A model generated the notes under the pieces. The model was not told where the DNA came from and ran no database searches. It saw only the letters and a list, made by a program, of their open reading frames with translations. Shown here piece by piece: positions 11,060 to 23,360 of a stretch of DNA of 64,000 nucleotides (positions are counted from its first letter, which is position 1; each line of letters opens with the position of its first letter). This DNA comes from Malacoraja senta (taxonomy: Eukaryota), in NCBI GenBank assembly GCA_038087875.1, contig CM075988.1, forward strand, positions 4,030,001 through 4,094,000, read 5' to 3'. Position numbers and translations under genes: made by a program.

Positions 11060-12204
11060 CATCGATTACAGCTCGGCATTTAATACAATCATCCCCTCCA
11101 AGCTGGTTACCAAACTCGCAGAACTGGGTCTCTGCACATCCCTCTGTAATTGGATCCTCGACTTCCTCACTCTCAGACCACAGTCTGTTCGTATTGGTGG
11201 AAATGTGTCAGACTCGATAACAATCAGCACGGGAGCACCTCAAGGCTGCGTGCTCAGCCCCCTGCTATACCCACTCTATCCTCATGACTGCGTAGCCGGT
11301 CATAGTGCGAACTCCATCATCAAGTTCGCTGACGACACCACTGTTGTGGGACGTATCACTGATGGGGATGAGTCAGAGTATAGAAGAGAGATCGAGCAAC
11401 TGTCCATATGGTGCCAGCACAATAACCTGGCCCTCAACACCAGCAAAACCAAGGAACTGATTGTGGACTTTGGAAGGAGTAGGATGGGGACCCACAGTCC
11501 CGTTTATATCAACGGGTCGATGGTTGAAAGGGTCAAGAGCTTCAAATTCCTGGGCGTGCACATCTCTGAAGATCTTTCCTGGTCCGAGAACACTGATGCC
11601 ATTATTAAGAAAGCACATCAAAGCCTCTACTTCCTGAGAAGATTACGGAGAGTCGGTTTGTCAAGGAGGACTCTCTCTAACTTCTATGGGTTCACAGTAG
11701 AGAGCATGCTGCATCGTGGCTTGGTTCGGCAACGAGCGCCCTGGAGAGGAAAAGACTACAAAAAGTAGTAAACACTGCCCAGTCCATCATCGGCTCTGAC
11801 CTCCCTTCCATCGAGGGGATCTATCACAGTCGGTGCCTCAAAAAGGCTGGCATTATCATCAAAGACCCACACCATCCTGGCCACACACTCATCTCCCTAC
11901 TACATTCAGGTAGAAGGTACAGGAGCCTGAAGACTGCAACAACCAGGTTCAGGAATAGCTACTTCCCCACAGCCATCAGGCTATTAAATCTGGCTCGGTC
12001 AGAACTCTGAACTTTAATAGGCCATTAACTGTTGTTTGCACTTGATCAGCTTATTTATTCATGTGTGTATATATTTATATAATGGTATATGGACACACTG
12101 ATCTGTTTTGTAGTCAATGCCTACTATATTCTGTTGTGCTGAAGCAAAGCAAGAATTTCATTGTCCTATCAGGGACACATGACAATAAACTCACTTGAAC
12201 TTGA
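11060..12204 (+). mobile_element. Rex1/Babar-like LINE, RT to 3' end
   Basis: [46 protein letters not shown]; tail gacaataaactcacttgaacttga. Confidence 0.9.
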
Positions 12205-12549
12205 TGTTGATGGGTCATGACCCTTCTTCAGTTTGATGACCGAAACGTTACCTATTCCTTTTCTCCAGAGATACTGTCTGTCCCACTGAGTTACTCCAGC
12301 TTGGATAGGCTGGGTGAGTGGGCAAATGTTTGGCAGATGCAGTATAATGTGGATAAATGTGAGGTTATCCACTTTGGTGGCAAAAACGGGAAGGCAGACT
12401 ATTATCTAAATGGTGGCCGATTAGGAAATGGGGAGATGCAGCGAGACCTGGGTATCATGGTACACCAGTCATTGAAAGTAGGCAGGTACACAAAAATGCT
12501 GGAGAAACTCAGCGGGTGCAGCAGCATCTATGGAGCGAAGGAAATAGGT

Positions 12550-12577
12550 AACGTTTCGGGCCGAAACCCTTCTTCAG
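12550..12577 (-). ncRNA. Minimal hammerhead ribozyme-like motif in Penelope pLTR
   Basis: CUGAAGA-A-GGGUUUCGGCCC-GAAAC-GUU: both catalytic core boxes, stem II, palindromic AACGUU stem III. Stem I is weak. Confidence 0.65.
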
Positions 12578-12693
12578 ACTGATAGAGGGTGGGGAGAAGA
12601 AAGGAAAAAAGGAAAAGGCGGAGGAGGAGCCCGAGGGCTGGGGGAGGGGAGGAGACAACCAGATGGCTGATGAAGGGGAGGGGACAGCCAGGG

Positions 12694-13824
12694 CTAGCAG
12701 AATTGGGAGAATTCAACGTTCAGGCCACCAGGATGTAGACTGCCCAAGCGGAATATGAGGTGCATTTCCTCCAATTTACGGTGTTGCTCGCTGTGGCCAT
12801 GGAGGAGACCCAGGACAGAGAGGTCAGATACGGAATGGGAGGGGGAGTTGAAGTGCTGAGCCACCGGGAGTTCAGGTTGGTTATTGCGGACCGACCGGAG
12901 GTGTTCGGCGAAACGATCGCCAAGCCGCCGCTTGGTCTCACCGATGTAGATCAGCTGGCATCTAGAGCAGCGAATGCAATAGATGAGGTTGGAGGAGATG
13001 CAGGTGAACCTCTGTCGCACCTGGAACGACTGCTTGGGTCCTTGAATGGAGTGGAGGGGGGAGGTGAAGGGACAAGTGTTGCATCTCTTGCGGTTGCAAG
13101 GGAAAGTACCAGGGGAGGGGGTGGTATGGGAGGGAAGGGAAGAATTGACAAGGGAGTTACGGAGGGAGCGGTCTTTGCGGAAGGCAGACATGGGGGGAGA
13201 TGGGAAGATGTGGCGAGTGGTGGGGTCACATTGGAGGTGGCGAAACTGACGGAGGATCACTTGATGTATGTGACGGCTGGTGGGGTGAAAGGTGAGGACT
13301 AGGGGGACTCTGCCTTTGTTGTGAGTGGGGGGATGGGGAGAGAGAGCAGTGTTGCGGGGTATGGCAGAGACCCTGGTGCGAGCCTCATCTATGGTGGAGG
13401 AGGGGAACCCCCGTTCCCTGAAGAATGAGGACATTTCAGATGCCCTGGTGTGGAACGCCTCATCCTGGGAGCAGATGCGGCGTAGACGGAGGAATTGGGA
13501 GTGGGGGATGGAGTCCTTACAGGAAGCAGGGTGGGAAGAAGTGTAGTCCAGATAACCATGGGAGTCGGTAGGTTTGTAGTGGATGTCGGTAAGGAGTCTA
13601 TCACCTGCGATGGAGATAGTGAGGTCAAGGAATGGTAGGGAAGTGTCGGAAATGGTCCAGGTGTATTTGAGTGCCGGATGGAAGTTGGTGGTGAAGCGGA
13701 TGAAGTCAGTCAGTTGTGTGTGGGTGCAGGATGTGGCACCAAAACAATCATCGATGTAGCGGAGGTAGAGGTCGGGGATGGGGCCCTGGTACGCATTGAA
13801 CAAGGATTGTTCTACGTACCCGAC
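12694..13824 (-). CDS. Penelope RT C-terminus/thumb plus GIY-YIG endonuclease (partial, no stops)
   Basis: Penelope-derived part of the 482-aa ORF; the upstream part is antisense CR1. Confidence 0.88.
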   Translation of the reverse strand, partial: VGYVEQSLFNAYQGPIPDLYLRYIDDCFGATSCTHTQLTDFIRFTTNFHPALKYTWTISDTSLPFLDLTISIAGDRLLTDIHYKPTDSHGYLDYTSSHPASCKDSIPHSQFLRLRRICSQDEAFHTRASEMSSFFRERGFPSSTIDEARTRVSAIPRNTALSPHPPTHNKGRVPLVLTFHPTSRHIHQVILRQFRHLQCDPTTRHIFPSPPMSAFRKDRSLRNSLVNSSLPSHTTPSPGTFPCNRKRCNTCPFTSPLHSIQGPKQSFQVRQRFTCISSNLIYCIRCSRCQLIYIGETKRRLGDRFAEHLRSVRNNQPELPVAQHFNSPSHSVSDLSVLGLLHGHSEQHRKLEEMHLIFRLGSLHPGGLNVEFSQFC

Positions 13825-15729
13825 AGTAGGCATGCAGGTGCAGCAGGCAGTGAAGAAAGTGAATGGTATGTTGGCCTTCATAGCAAGAGGATTTGAGTAT
13901 AGGAGCAGGGAGGTTCTACTGCAGTTATACAGGGTCTTGGTGAGACCACACCTGGAGTATTGCGTACAGTTTTGGTCTCCAAATCTGAGGAAGGACATTA
14001 TAGCCATAGAGGGAGTGCAGAGAAGGTTCACCAGACTGATTCCTGGGATGTCAGGACTTTCATATGAAGAAAGACTGGATAGACTTGCCTTATACTCGCT
14101 AGAATTTAGGAGATTGAGAGGGGATCTTATAGAAACGTACAAAATTCTTATGGGGTTGGACAGGCTAGATGCAGGAAGATTGTTCCCGATGTTGGGGAAG
14201 TCCAGGACAAGGGGTCACAGCTTAAGGATAAGGGGAAATCCTTTAAGACCGATATGAGGAAAAACTTTTTCACACAGAGAGTGGTGAATCTCTGGAACTC
14301 TCTGCCACAGAGGGTAGCTGGGGCCAGTTCATTGGCTATATTTAAGAGGGAGTTAGATGTGGCCCTTGTGGCTAAAGGGATCAGGGGTATGGAGAGAAGG
14401 CAGGTACGGGATACTGAGTTGGATGATCAGCTATGATCAGCTATGAATGGCGGTGCAGGCTCGAAGGGCCGAATGGCCTACTCCTGCACCTATTTTCTAT
14501 GTATCTATGTATCTATGTATCTATCTCACCGGAGCTTGTTAACTCACCTTCCGCAGCCAATAATGGGCCATTTTGTGCTCCGTTTCAGTTCAGTTTATTG
14601 TCACGTGTACTGAGGCACAGTGAAAAGCTTGGGCTCCACCTTTCCTGAGGTCAGCGATCGCTAGTCCTGATTTGTCCTGGCCTTTTCATGCCTCCATTTT
14701 CCCCTCACCTTTATCCCCTGAAGAAGGGTTCTGACCTGAAACGCCACCTATTCCTTTTCTCCAGAGATGCTGCCCAACCCGCTGAATTACTCCACTATTT
14801 TGTGTCTATTTTCGGTGTATCTGCAGTTCCTTCGTACACATTTCTTCAAAAACATATTTTGAGGAGATTTAACCGTGGAGCTATAAAAAAGCAGAATCAG
14901 GAAACTGCAGATACTGGAATCTTTAATGGCTAAAATTTATAGCAAAACCTATTTAAAGTGTTCCTGATATATTTTAATGCTTTAATATTGTTGCAGTAAA
15001 GGGACAGTATTGTATAGATTGTAAACGTTAAGATATTGACTGTAAAGCAACTATTACAATGAAGATCAAGACGCAATTCACAATATTCAGTGAATCAAAA
15101 ATAATATGTACAAAGAATGTACTGAACCAGAATTATGTGTAAAACCTGTAGGATGTGAATGTTCAGGTCAGCAATTTAGACAGTTTGTGAGTCTGATGTT
15201 TGTGTGAGGACATCGACAGTCTGGGACAGAACAAGTACAGATAAGTTGGCACAGCGGCAGAGCTGCTGCCTCACCAGAGACCTGGGTTCTATTCTGACCT
15301 CGGGTGCGGTGGGGGGAACGGTGAAACAAAGGGCCTGCTTCCGTGCTGTATCTCTAAACTAAACATAGTTCAGCTATATCGAACGTTTCCATAACGTTGA
15401 GTGGATATTAATTGACTGTGGTATGAGTGAACCCTATTTGGATTATGTGGGCTGAACTGGTTATAACACAAGCAGACAGATACAAAAAGCTGGAGTAACT
15501 CAGTGGGTCAAGCAGCATCTCTGGAGAAAAGGTGATGTTTCGGGTCGAGACCCATCATCAGACTGGGTCTTATATCACAAGTATAATGGTTATATTCATA
15601 AGGGTTCTCACAACACAATTTGTTTGGGATATAGAGAACCAGTTAAGGTAAACACAAAGTGCTGAAGTAACTCACGGGGTGAGGCAGCATCTCTGGAGAA
15701 CATGGATAGGTGACGTTTAGTATACTTAA

Positions 15730-15824
15730 GGTAGATAAAAATGCTGGAGAAATTCAGCGGGTGAGGCAGCATCTATGGATCGAAGGAAATAGGCGACGTT
15801 TCGGGTCGATACCCTTCTTCAGAC
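15730..15824 (-). mobile_element. 95-bp solo Penelope pLTR unit carrying a hammerhead-like core
   Basis: 14-bp TSD tttagtatacttaa at 15716-15729 and 15825-15838. Confidence 0.85.
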
Positions 15825-16384
15825 TTTAGTATACTTAAAGATACTTTGGAAATTGATAAACAGGAAAAATAGCTGTCCTGATAAAAAAAACAGACAATTT
15901 TCGTCCAAAAATAACTGTTTCCAAGGACACCATCTCTCAAGAACACAGCTGCTAAATGACAGTGGAAGGCCATTGAAATTGATAAGACATCACTTCTATT
16001 GACACATGTGAAATGATAATCTATTAAACAACACATCACACAGCCTGTAGTATTTAACACAAATAAACATAGTGATTAAAAAGGCCTTGATTTTGAAAAT
16101 CTGTGGAGAGAAATAAATTTGTTTGACAGTCTGCAGGTCAGGCAGCAAAGTCAATGTCAGAGCACTGAACACTGGTCGAGCCCCAAACCCATCTTTCTCA
16201 TTGACAGCATTATATTTACAAGGCCACTTTCTGTAACATGAGGTTTCTTTGGAATGCAATTGTTATTATAGACACAGGAACTGTAGATGATGGTTTTCAG
16301 TCAGACAGAAGGGACCCAAAACATCGTCTATCAATGTTCATCGGAGATGCGGCCCCACCCGCTGAATTACTTTGTGTCTGTATA

Positions 16385-16616
16385 ATAGAAACATAGAAAC
16401 ATAGAAACATAGAAAATAGGTGCAGGAGGCCCTATTTGGCCCTTCGAGCCAGCACCGCCATTCATCATGATCATGGCTGATCATCCTCAATCAATAACCC
16501 GTGCCTGCGTTCTCCCCATATCCCTTGATTCCACTAGCCCCTAGAGCTCTGTCTAACTCTCTCTTAAATCCATCCAGTGATTTGGCCTCCACTGCCCTCT
16601 GTGGCAGGGAATTCCA
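16385..16616 (-). mobile_element. CR1 3' end abutting the gap
   Basis: WNSLPQRAVEAKSLDGFKRELD; (TTTCTATG)n tail. Confidence 0.88.
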
Positions 16617-16816
16617 NNNNNNNNNNNNNNNNNNNNNNNNNNNNNNNNNNNNNNNNNNNNNNNNNNNNNNNNNNNNNNNNNNNNNNNNNNNNNNNNNNNN
16701 NNNNNNNNNNNNNNNNNNNNNNNNNNNNNNNNNNNNNNNNNNNNNNNNNNNNNNNNNNNNNNNNNNNNNNNNNNNNNNNNNNNNNNNNNNNNNNNNNNNN
16801 NNNNNNNNNNNNNNNN
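16617..16816. other. Assembly gap (200 N)
   Basis: Run of N; true size unknown. Confidence 1.
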
Positions 16817-17109
16817 GGGAAACCCAAGAAGGGTCTCGACTCGAAACGTCACCAACTCCTTTTCTCCAGAGATGCTGTCTGACCCGCTGAGTAACTACAA
16901 CTTTCTGTGTCTGTCTTACGTACAAACTCCCAGCAGACAAGATCAAACTCGGGTCTCTGGCACCGTGGGGTAGATGCTCTACCGCTGCACCACTGTGTCA
17001 CGCTGTGCTACTCCATAAGTCCTTCCTCACCATTGCCCAGGCTGCATGGTTTGACCATTGTGGCTTGTACAGCAAAATAATTACCACATCGCTACTTCCA
17101 TAGGGGAAA

Positions 17110-17690
17110 TAAGGTCATAAAGTCATAAGTAATAGGCCCATTCGGCCCATCAAGTCTACTCCGCCATTCAATCATGGCTGATCTATCTCTCCCTCCTAAC
17201 CCCATTCTCCTGCCTTGTCCCCACAACCCTTGACCCCTGTACTAATCAAGAATCTATCTATTTCTGCCTTAAAAGTATCCATTGGCCTCCACAGACTTCT
17301 GTGGCAAAGAATTCCACAGATTCACCACCCTCTCTAAAGAAATTCCTCTTCATCTTCTTCCCAGAGGAACATCCTTTATTTCTGAGGCTATGACCTCTAG
17401 TCCTAGACTCTCCCACTTGTGGAAACACCCTCTCCACTTCCACTCTATCCATGCCTTTCACTATTCGGTAAGTTTCAATGAGGTCCCCCCTAAATTCTTC
17501 TAAACTCCAGCGAGTACATGCCCAGTGCCGACAAACGCTCATCATATGTTAACCCGCTCATTCCTGGGATCATTCTTGTGAACCTCCTCTGGACCCTCTC
17601 CAGAGCCAACACATCCTTCCTCAGATACGGTGCCCAAAACGGCTCACAATATTCCGCAGCGCCTTATTGAACCTCAGCATTGCATCCTCC
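17110..17690 (-). mobile_element. CR1 3' fragment
   Basis: SLEEFRGDLIETY...GESRTRGHSL. Confidence 0.88.
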
Positions 17691-18254
17691 ATCCAGTACA
17701 TTGTTGATGGAACTCAAGGGACAAAAAGCCAGCAGCCTTGTATTTCACGGCTTTGCTCGCGTTCCAAATGGATCTGCCACTCCGTCATGAGCAAAGGCTG
17801 GGTGCTGTTATGACAGGTGGACATGGCTCAGAATCAAGTAACTTTCTGTCAATTCCAGCTACAATGGGATGTGGATGTTGTCAAACTAGTTGAGATGGCA
17901 AATTCACAGCATCAGGAGCGGCCACTTTAACGCCGCTATCTCAATGATGCGTTTGGGAACGTCTCACGTCAAATTGATCAAAAGTGGTAGAAAGGCAAAA
18001 ATCTGATATGGTACTTTGAAGGATGCAACATATACACAATGTTCTGAATGGAATCATCAGGGTCAAATGATCAAATTTCATCCTAGGAAAATCATCATTT
18101 AGATGCATATAAATACCGGCTTTCGGATAGTCAGATGGATATGCAGGGAATGGAGGAATGTGGATCACGTGCAGGCAGAGGAGATTAGTTTAGCAAGTTC
18201 ACCACAGACATTGTGGGCCGAAGGGCCTTTTCCTGTGCTGTACTGTTCCATGTT

Positions 18255-18700
18255 CTATGTGCTCAGTCTCACTGATATGTAGGAGTCCACATCTGGATCA
18301 GCGGATACAGTAGAAGAGGTTGGAGGAGGTACAAGTGAACCTCTGCCTGACCTGAAAGGATTGTAGGGGTCCTTGGACGGAGATGAGGGGGGAGGTAAAG
18401 GGACAGGCGTTGCATTTCCTGCGGTTGCAGGGGAAAGGACCTGGGGAGGGGCTTGTTTGGGTGGGAAGGGACGAGTTAACCAGAGAGTTGCGGAGGGAAC
18501 GGTCTCTGCAGAAAGCGGAAAGGGGTGGAGATAAGCAGATGTGGCTAGTTGGAGGTGGTGAAAATGTCGGAGGATTATGTGCTGTAGGCGACGGCTGATG
18601 GGGTGAAAGGTGAGGACTAGGGGGACTCTGTCCCTCTTGCCACTGGGGGGGAGGGGGAGCAAGAGAGGAGTGTGGCTCCACTCCACTGTGTGCCTGACCC
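18255..18700 (-). mobile_element. Degenerate Penelope fragment
   Basis: RVPLVLTFHP, DRSLRNSLV, CNRRKCNAC, FTCTSSNL in shifting frames. Confidence 0.88.
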
Positions 18701-19512
18701 TCTCCTCTGTTCCTCCTCTTTGGTCAAGCATGAGTGTGTTTAATTGTCATATGTACCGACAACAAATCAATGACATTCTTACTTACAGTAGCATAACAGT
18801 CTCGTAAACAAATTACGCACAGATAATATTTAATCTGGATGTTCACTGGATGTTTTCAAGAGAGAGTTAGATTTACAGTAGCTCTTAGGGCTAAAGGAAT
18901 CAAGGGATACGGGGAGAAAGCAGGAATGGGGTACTGATTTTGGATGATCAGCCATGATCATATTGCTCGTTCGAAGGGCTGAATGGCCTTCTCCTGCACC
19001 TATTTTCTATATTTCTATGTTTCTAATCTGTAATTTCTGTATAATCTGTAAAAACCATAACTTATAAACATTCACTAAATCAATAGCCGTAATACTGATG
19101 CAAAGCAAAACACAGCCAAAGTCTTTAGTGCAACCAAAGATACATGGGAGGTCATAGTCGAGGTCAGTGTTGTGTTATGTTCAAGAGTCTAATGGTTGCT
19201 GGCAGAAGCTATTCTTGAAAACTGGCGCCCATGGTTTTCTGGCTCCTGTACCTTCTTTCTAATGTGAAGAGTGAGATGAGAGTGTGGTCAGGATGATATG
19301 GGTCTTTAATGATGTTGGCTGCCTTTTTGAGTCAGTGCCTGCTATAGAGTCTGCCGAGGGTGGGGAGGCCAGTGTGTGTAATGTACTGGGCAGTGCCTGC
19401 CACTCTCAGTATTCCCCTTCATTCCTGGGCACTTGAGTTGCTGACCCAGGCAATCATACAATCAGTGAGCATTCTCACTTCTGTACACCTGCAATTCAAT
19501 GGAGTATTTAGT

Positions 19513-19648
19513 TATGTGTAGGAAGGAACTGCAGATGCTGGTTTACACGGAAGACAGACACAAAATGCTGGAGTAACTCAGTGGGACAGGCTGCGTCTCT
19601 GACAGCATCTCTGGAATGGGTGACGTTTTGGGTCGAGACCCTTCTTCA
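19513..19648 (-). mobile_element. Solo Penelope pLTR unit (about 136 bp)
   Basis: 11-bp TSD gagtatttagt at 19502-19512 and 19649-19659. Confidence 0.82.
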
Positions 19649-19659
19649 GAGTATTTAGT

Positions 19660-20280
19660 GAGTTTAATTTATTGTCACTGAGGTACAGTGAAAAGCTTTA
19701 TTTTTGTGTGCCATCCAGTCAGCAACAAAACCAGAAATGATTACAATCTATCAGTGTACAGATGCAGGATAAAGGGAATAATGTTTGACGCAAGATAAAG
19801 TCTGATCAAAGATCATTTGAAGGTCTCCAATGAGGTAAATGGGAGGTCTGGACCACTAGTTATTGATAGGATGCTTCAGTTCCTGATAACATCTGGGAAG
19901 AAACTGTCCATGAATCTGGAGATGTGCGTTTTCACACTTCTATACCTCTTGCCTGATGGGAGAGGGGAGAAGAGGGAGTGGCCGAGGTGAGACTCATCCG
20001 TGATTTTCGACATACCAAATCATCTCAAACTCCACCGGAGGGAGATACATTGATTCTCTTTCTTTGTGACTGCATCAATGTGCGTGCCACTTGAAAGATG
20101 TTCGGATATATGCTTCCCCCAGAACCTTGAAGTTGTCGACTCTCTCCATTGTCATCGGTCAATGAACACGGGTTTGTGGATCCTTCTCATTCCTCTCCTG
20201 AAGTCAACAATCAGCTCCTTGGTCTTGCAGACATTGAGAGCAAATGTATTGTCCCGGCACCTTTCAATCTGATCTCCAAT
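19660..20280 (-). mobile_element. Rex1/Babar-like fragments
   Basis: Reverse complement of the same 3' end and the KELIVDF region. Confidence 0.7.
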
Positions 20281-21047
20281 CTCCCTCCCATGTCACTGTG
20301 CAACGGGAAGAATGTCCACCTTTGTTGCAAAGGTTGCCGCAATCTTTAAAGACCTAACTATAGGACTATTCAAACCTAACTGTCCAGTATATGAAACCTT
20401 GTGAGCAAATGGAACGGAACGGCAATACGCTTTCTCCCCGGATATGAGGAACATTTTCATTTTCATTTTCCTAGTCTCTCATTTGCAACTGAAACTGACC
20501 TTGGCCCCAAGAGAATGTAGACATTTCTGTTGCTGTTATTAAGATGGAAAGGGTGCAGAAAATATTCACCACAATGTTACCAGGACTGGAGGCCTTGAGT
20601 TACAAGGAGAGACTGTTACTTTTTCTCCCTTGATGTCTTTTTCCCAACGCACAGGAATTAAGAACTTGAGGGGGATGATTTAATAGGAACGTGAGAGGCA
20701 ACTTTATCTGGGTATCGTCAGAGGCTGGTGAATCTGTGGAAGTCTTTGCCACAGAAGGCAGTGGAGGCCAAGTCAGTTGATATATTTAAGGCAGAGATAG
20801 ATAGATTCTTGATTAGTATGGGTGTCAGAGTTTATGGGGAGAAGGCAGGAGATTGGGGTTAGGAGGGAGAGATAGATCAGAATGGCGGAGTAGACTTGAT
20901 GAGCCAAATGGCCTAATTCAGCTCCTATCACTTCTGATCTTCTGATATTATAGAGAACGAGCTGCCAGAGGAAGTTGTTTCGTCAGGTACAATTACAACT
21001 TTGTAAAGACATTTGGACAGATACTTGGATAGGAATGTTTAGAGGCA

Positions 21048-22010
21048 GGTACACAAAAATGCTGGAGAAACTCAGCGGGTGCAGCAGCATCTATGGAGCG
21101 AAGGAAATAGGTAACGTTTCGGGCCGAAACCCTTCTTCAGACTGATAGGGGGTGGGGAGAAGAAAGGAAAAAAGGAAAAAGGCGGAGGAGGAGCCCGAGG
21201 GCTGGGGGAGGGGAGGAGAGAACCAGATGGCTGATGAAGGGGAGGGGACAGCAAGGGCTAGCAGAATTGGGAGAATTCAATGTTCAAGCCCCCAGGATGT
21301 AGACTGCCCAAGCGGAATATGAGGTGCATTTCCTCCAATTTACGGTGTTGCTCGCTGTGGCCATGGAGGAGACCCAGGACAGAGAGGTCAGATACGGAAT
21401 AGGAGGGGGAGTTGAAGTGCTGAGCCACCGGGAGTTCAGGTTGGTTATTGCGGACCGACCGGAGATGTTCGGCGAAACGATCGCCAAGCCTCCGCTTGGT
21501 CTCACCGATGTAGATCAGCTGGCATCTAGAGCAGCGAATGCAATAGATGAGGTTGGAGGAGATGCAGGTGAACCTCTGTCGCACCTGGAACGACTGCTTG
21601 GGTCCTTGAATGGAGTAGAGGGGGGAGGTGAAGGGACAAGTGTTGCATCTCTTGCGGTTGCAAGGGAAAGTACCAGGGGAGGGGGTGGTATGGGAGGGAA
21701 GGGAAGAATTGACAAGGGAGTTCTGGAGGGAGCGGTCTTTGCGGAGGGCAGACATGGGGGGAGATGGGAAGATGTGGAGAGTGGTGGGGTCACGTTGGAG
21801 GTGGCGAAACTGACGGAGGATCACTTGTTGTATGTGACGGCTGGTGGGGTGAAAGGTGAGGACTAGGGGGACTCTGCCCTTGTTGTGAGTGGGGGGATGG
21901 GGAGAGAGAGCAGTGTTGCGGGGTATGGCAGAGACCCTGGTGCGAGCCTCATCTATGGTGGAGGAGGGGAACCCCGTTCCCTGAAGAATGAGGACATTTC
22001 AGATGCCCTG
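21048..22010 (-). mobile_element. Penelope-like element, second young copy
   Basis: Near-identical to 12485-13450; GIY-YIG ORF 21258-21824; hammerhead-like core 21113-21140; 11-bp TSD gtttagaggca at 21037-21047 and 22011-22021. Confidence 0.95.
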
Positions 22011-23195
22011 GTTTAGAGGCATATGGGATCAACGTGGGTAAATGGATGGCCATCTTGATCAGCATGGACGAATTGGGCCAAAGGGCCTGTTTCTTTGCCG
22101 AATGACCCATGGATATATATTTTTCCTCTAGATCCACTGTTCTCTCTCCTCAGGAACTCTCCCCCATTCCTATCCCTGGCGTTCCTCTCTTCTTCCGTCA
22201 TTCAGCAAGTGTTATCTTCTCAAATCTATCATTAATCTTGCTTCATTCTCTCCTGTCAGTGTTCTGTCTATGCCACCATATGCCACAAAATAGGGCGGCA
22301 CGGTGGCACAGCGGTAGAGCTACTGCCTTACAGAGCCAGAGTCCTGGGTTCGATCCTGACTACGGGTGCTTGTCGGTATGGAGTTTGTACGTTCTCCCCG
22401 TGACCTGTGGTTTTCCTCCAAGATCTTCAGTTTCCTCCCACACTCCAAAACGTACAGGTTTGTAGGTTCATTGGCTTGATATCAATGTAAACTGTCCCTA
22501 GTGTGTGTAGGATAGTGCTAATTTGTGGGGATCACTGGTCAGTGTGGACTCGGTGGGTCAAATGGCCTGTTTCCATGCTGTATCTCTAAACTAAATATCC
22601 AAATGACTTTTAAAGAAGTCACCTATGAAGGGATGTGTGTAGAAATCAACGTCCTGGAGGAACTCATTGGGTTAGGCAGTATCTCAGGAGGGAAATGGAC
22701 AGATAATGGATCAGGTCAGAAAGCTTCTTCAGACCCGAAATGCTACCTGTCCATTCCCGCCCTGCCTGGCCGGCTGAGTTCCTCCAGCATTCGAATAGTA
22801 AAAGGCCTGGATAGAGTGAATGTGGAAAGGATGTTTCCAATAGTGGGAGAGTCTAGGACCAGAGGCCACAGCCTCAAAATAAAGGGACGTACCTTTAGAA
22901 AGGGGATGAGCAGGAATTTCTTTAGTCAGAGCATGGTGAATCTGTGGAATTCCTTGCCGCAGACGACTGTGGAGGCCAAGTCGATGGATATTTTATGGCG
23001 GGGAATAACATTCTAGATTAGTATGGGTGTCAGGGGTTATGGGGAGAAGGCAGGAGAATGGGGTTGAGAGGGTCAGCCATGATTGAATGGCAGAGTCGAC
23101 CTGAAGGGCTGAATGGCCTCATTCTGCTCCCATAAGTTATGAACTTAGGAACTTATCGGTAATCTCTTGTGTTAACATTCTCTGTGACTATGACA

Positions 23196-23360
23196 AGGGC
23201 CTGTCCCACTTACGCGAGTTTTTTCGGCGACTTGCCGTCACCCCGTCATAGGGCTTTCAACACGTTGAAAATCCAGCGGCGACCAGAAAAAGGCACGACT
23301 CTTTGGGCGACTACTCACCACTAAACAGGCGTCACCCTGCGACATGTCGCTGAAAAGATC
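23196..23360. mobile_element. Partial PIF/Harbinger-like MITE (one end)
   Basis: Begins agggcctgtcccactt; related to 62754-63098. Confidence 0.7.

Larger units (their letters stand above)
12485..13824 (-). mobile_element. Penelope-like element (Neptune-type), 5'-truncated, young
   Basis: RT YLRYIDDCF, Cys motif CNRKRCNTC, GIY-YIG (NLIYCIRC..IYIGETKRRL), pLTR; TSD agtaggca at 12477-12484 and 13825-13832. Confidence 0.95.
12301..14524 (+). mobile_element. CR1 LINE 3' portion (12301-12484 plus 13825-14524), split by a Penelope insertion
   Basis: WQMQYNVDKCEVIHFG ... RPHLEYCVQFWSP ... (TATCTATG)n tail; the sequence resumes exactly across the insert. Confidence 0.93.

Noticed and set aside
12694..14142. 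482-aa ORF as a novel fusion protein
   Set aside because: The N-terminal part is antisense CR1, in frame by chance with a 5'-truncated Penelope ORF; the junction coincides with the TSD
16491..16946. ORFs crossing the X run
   Set aside because: Artefacts of the N gap
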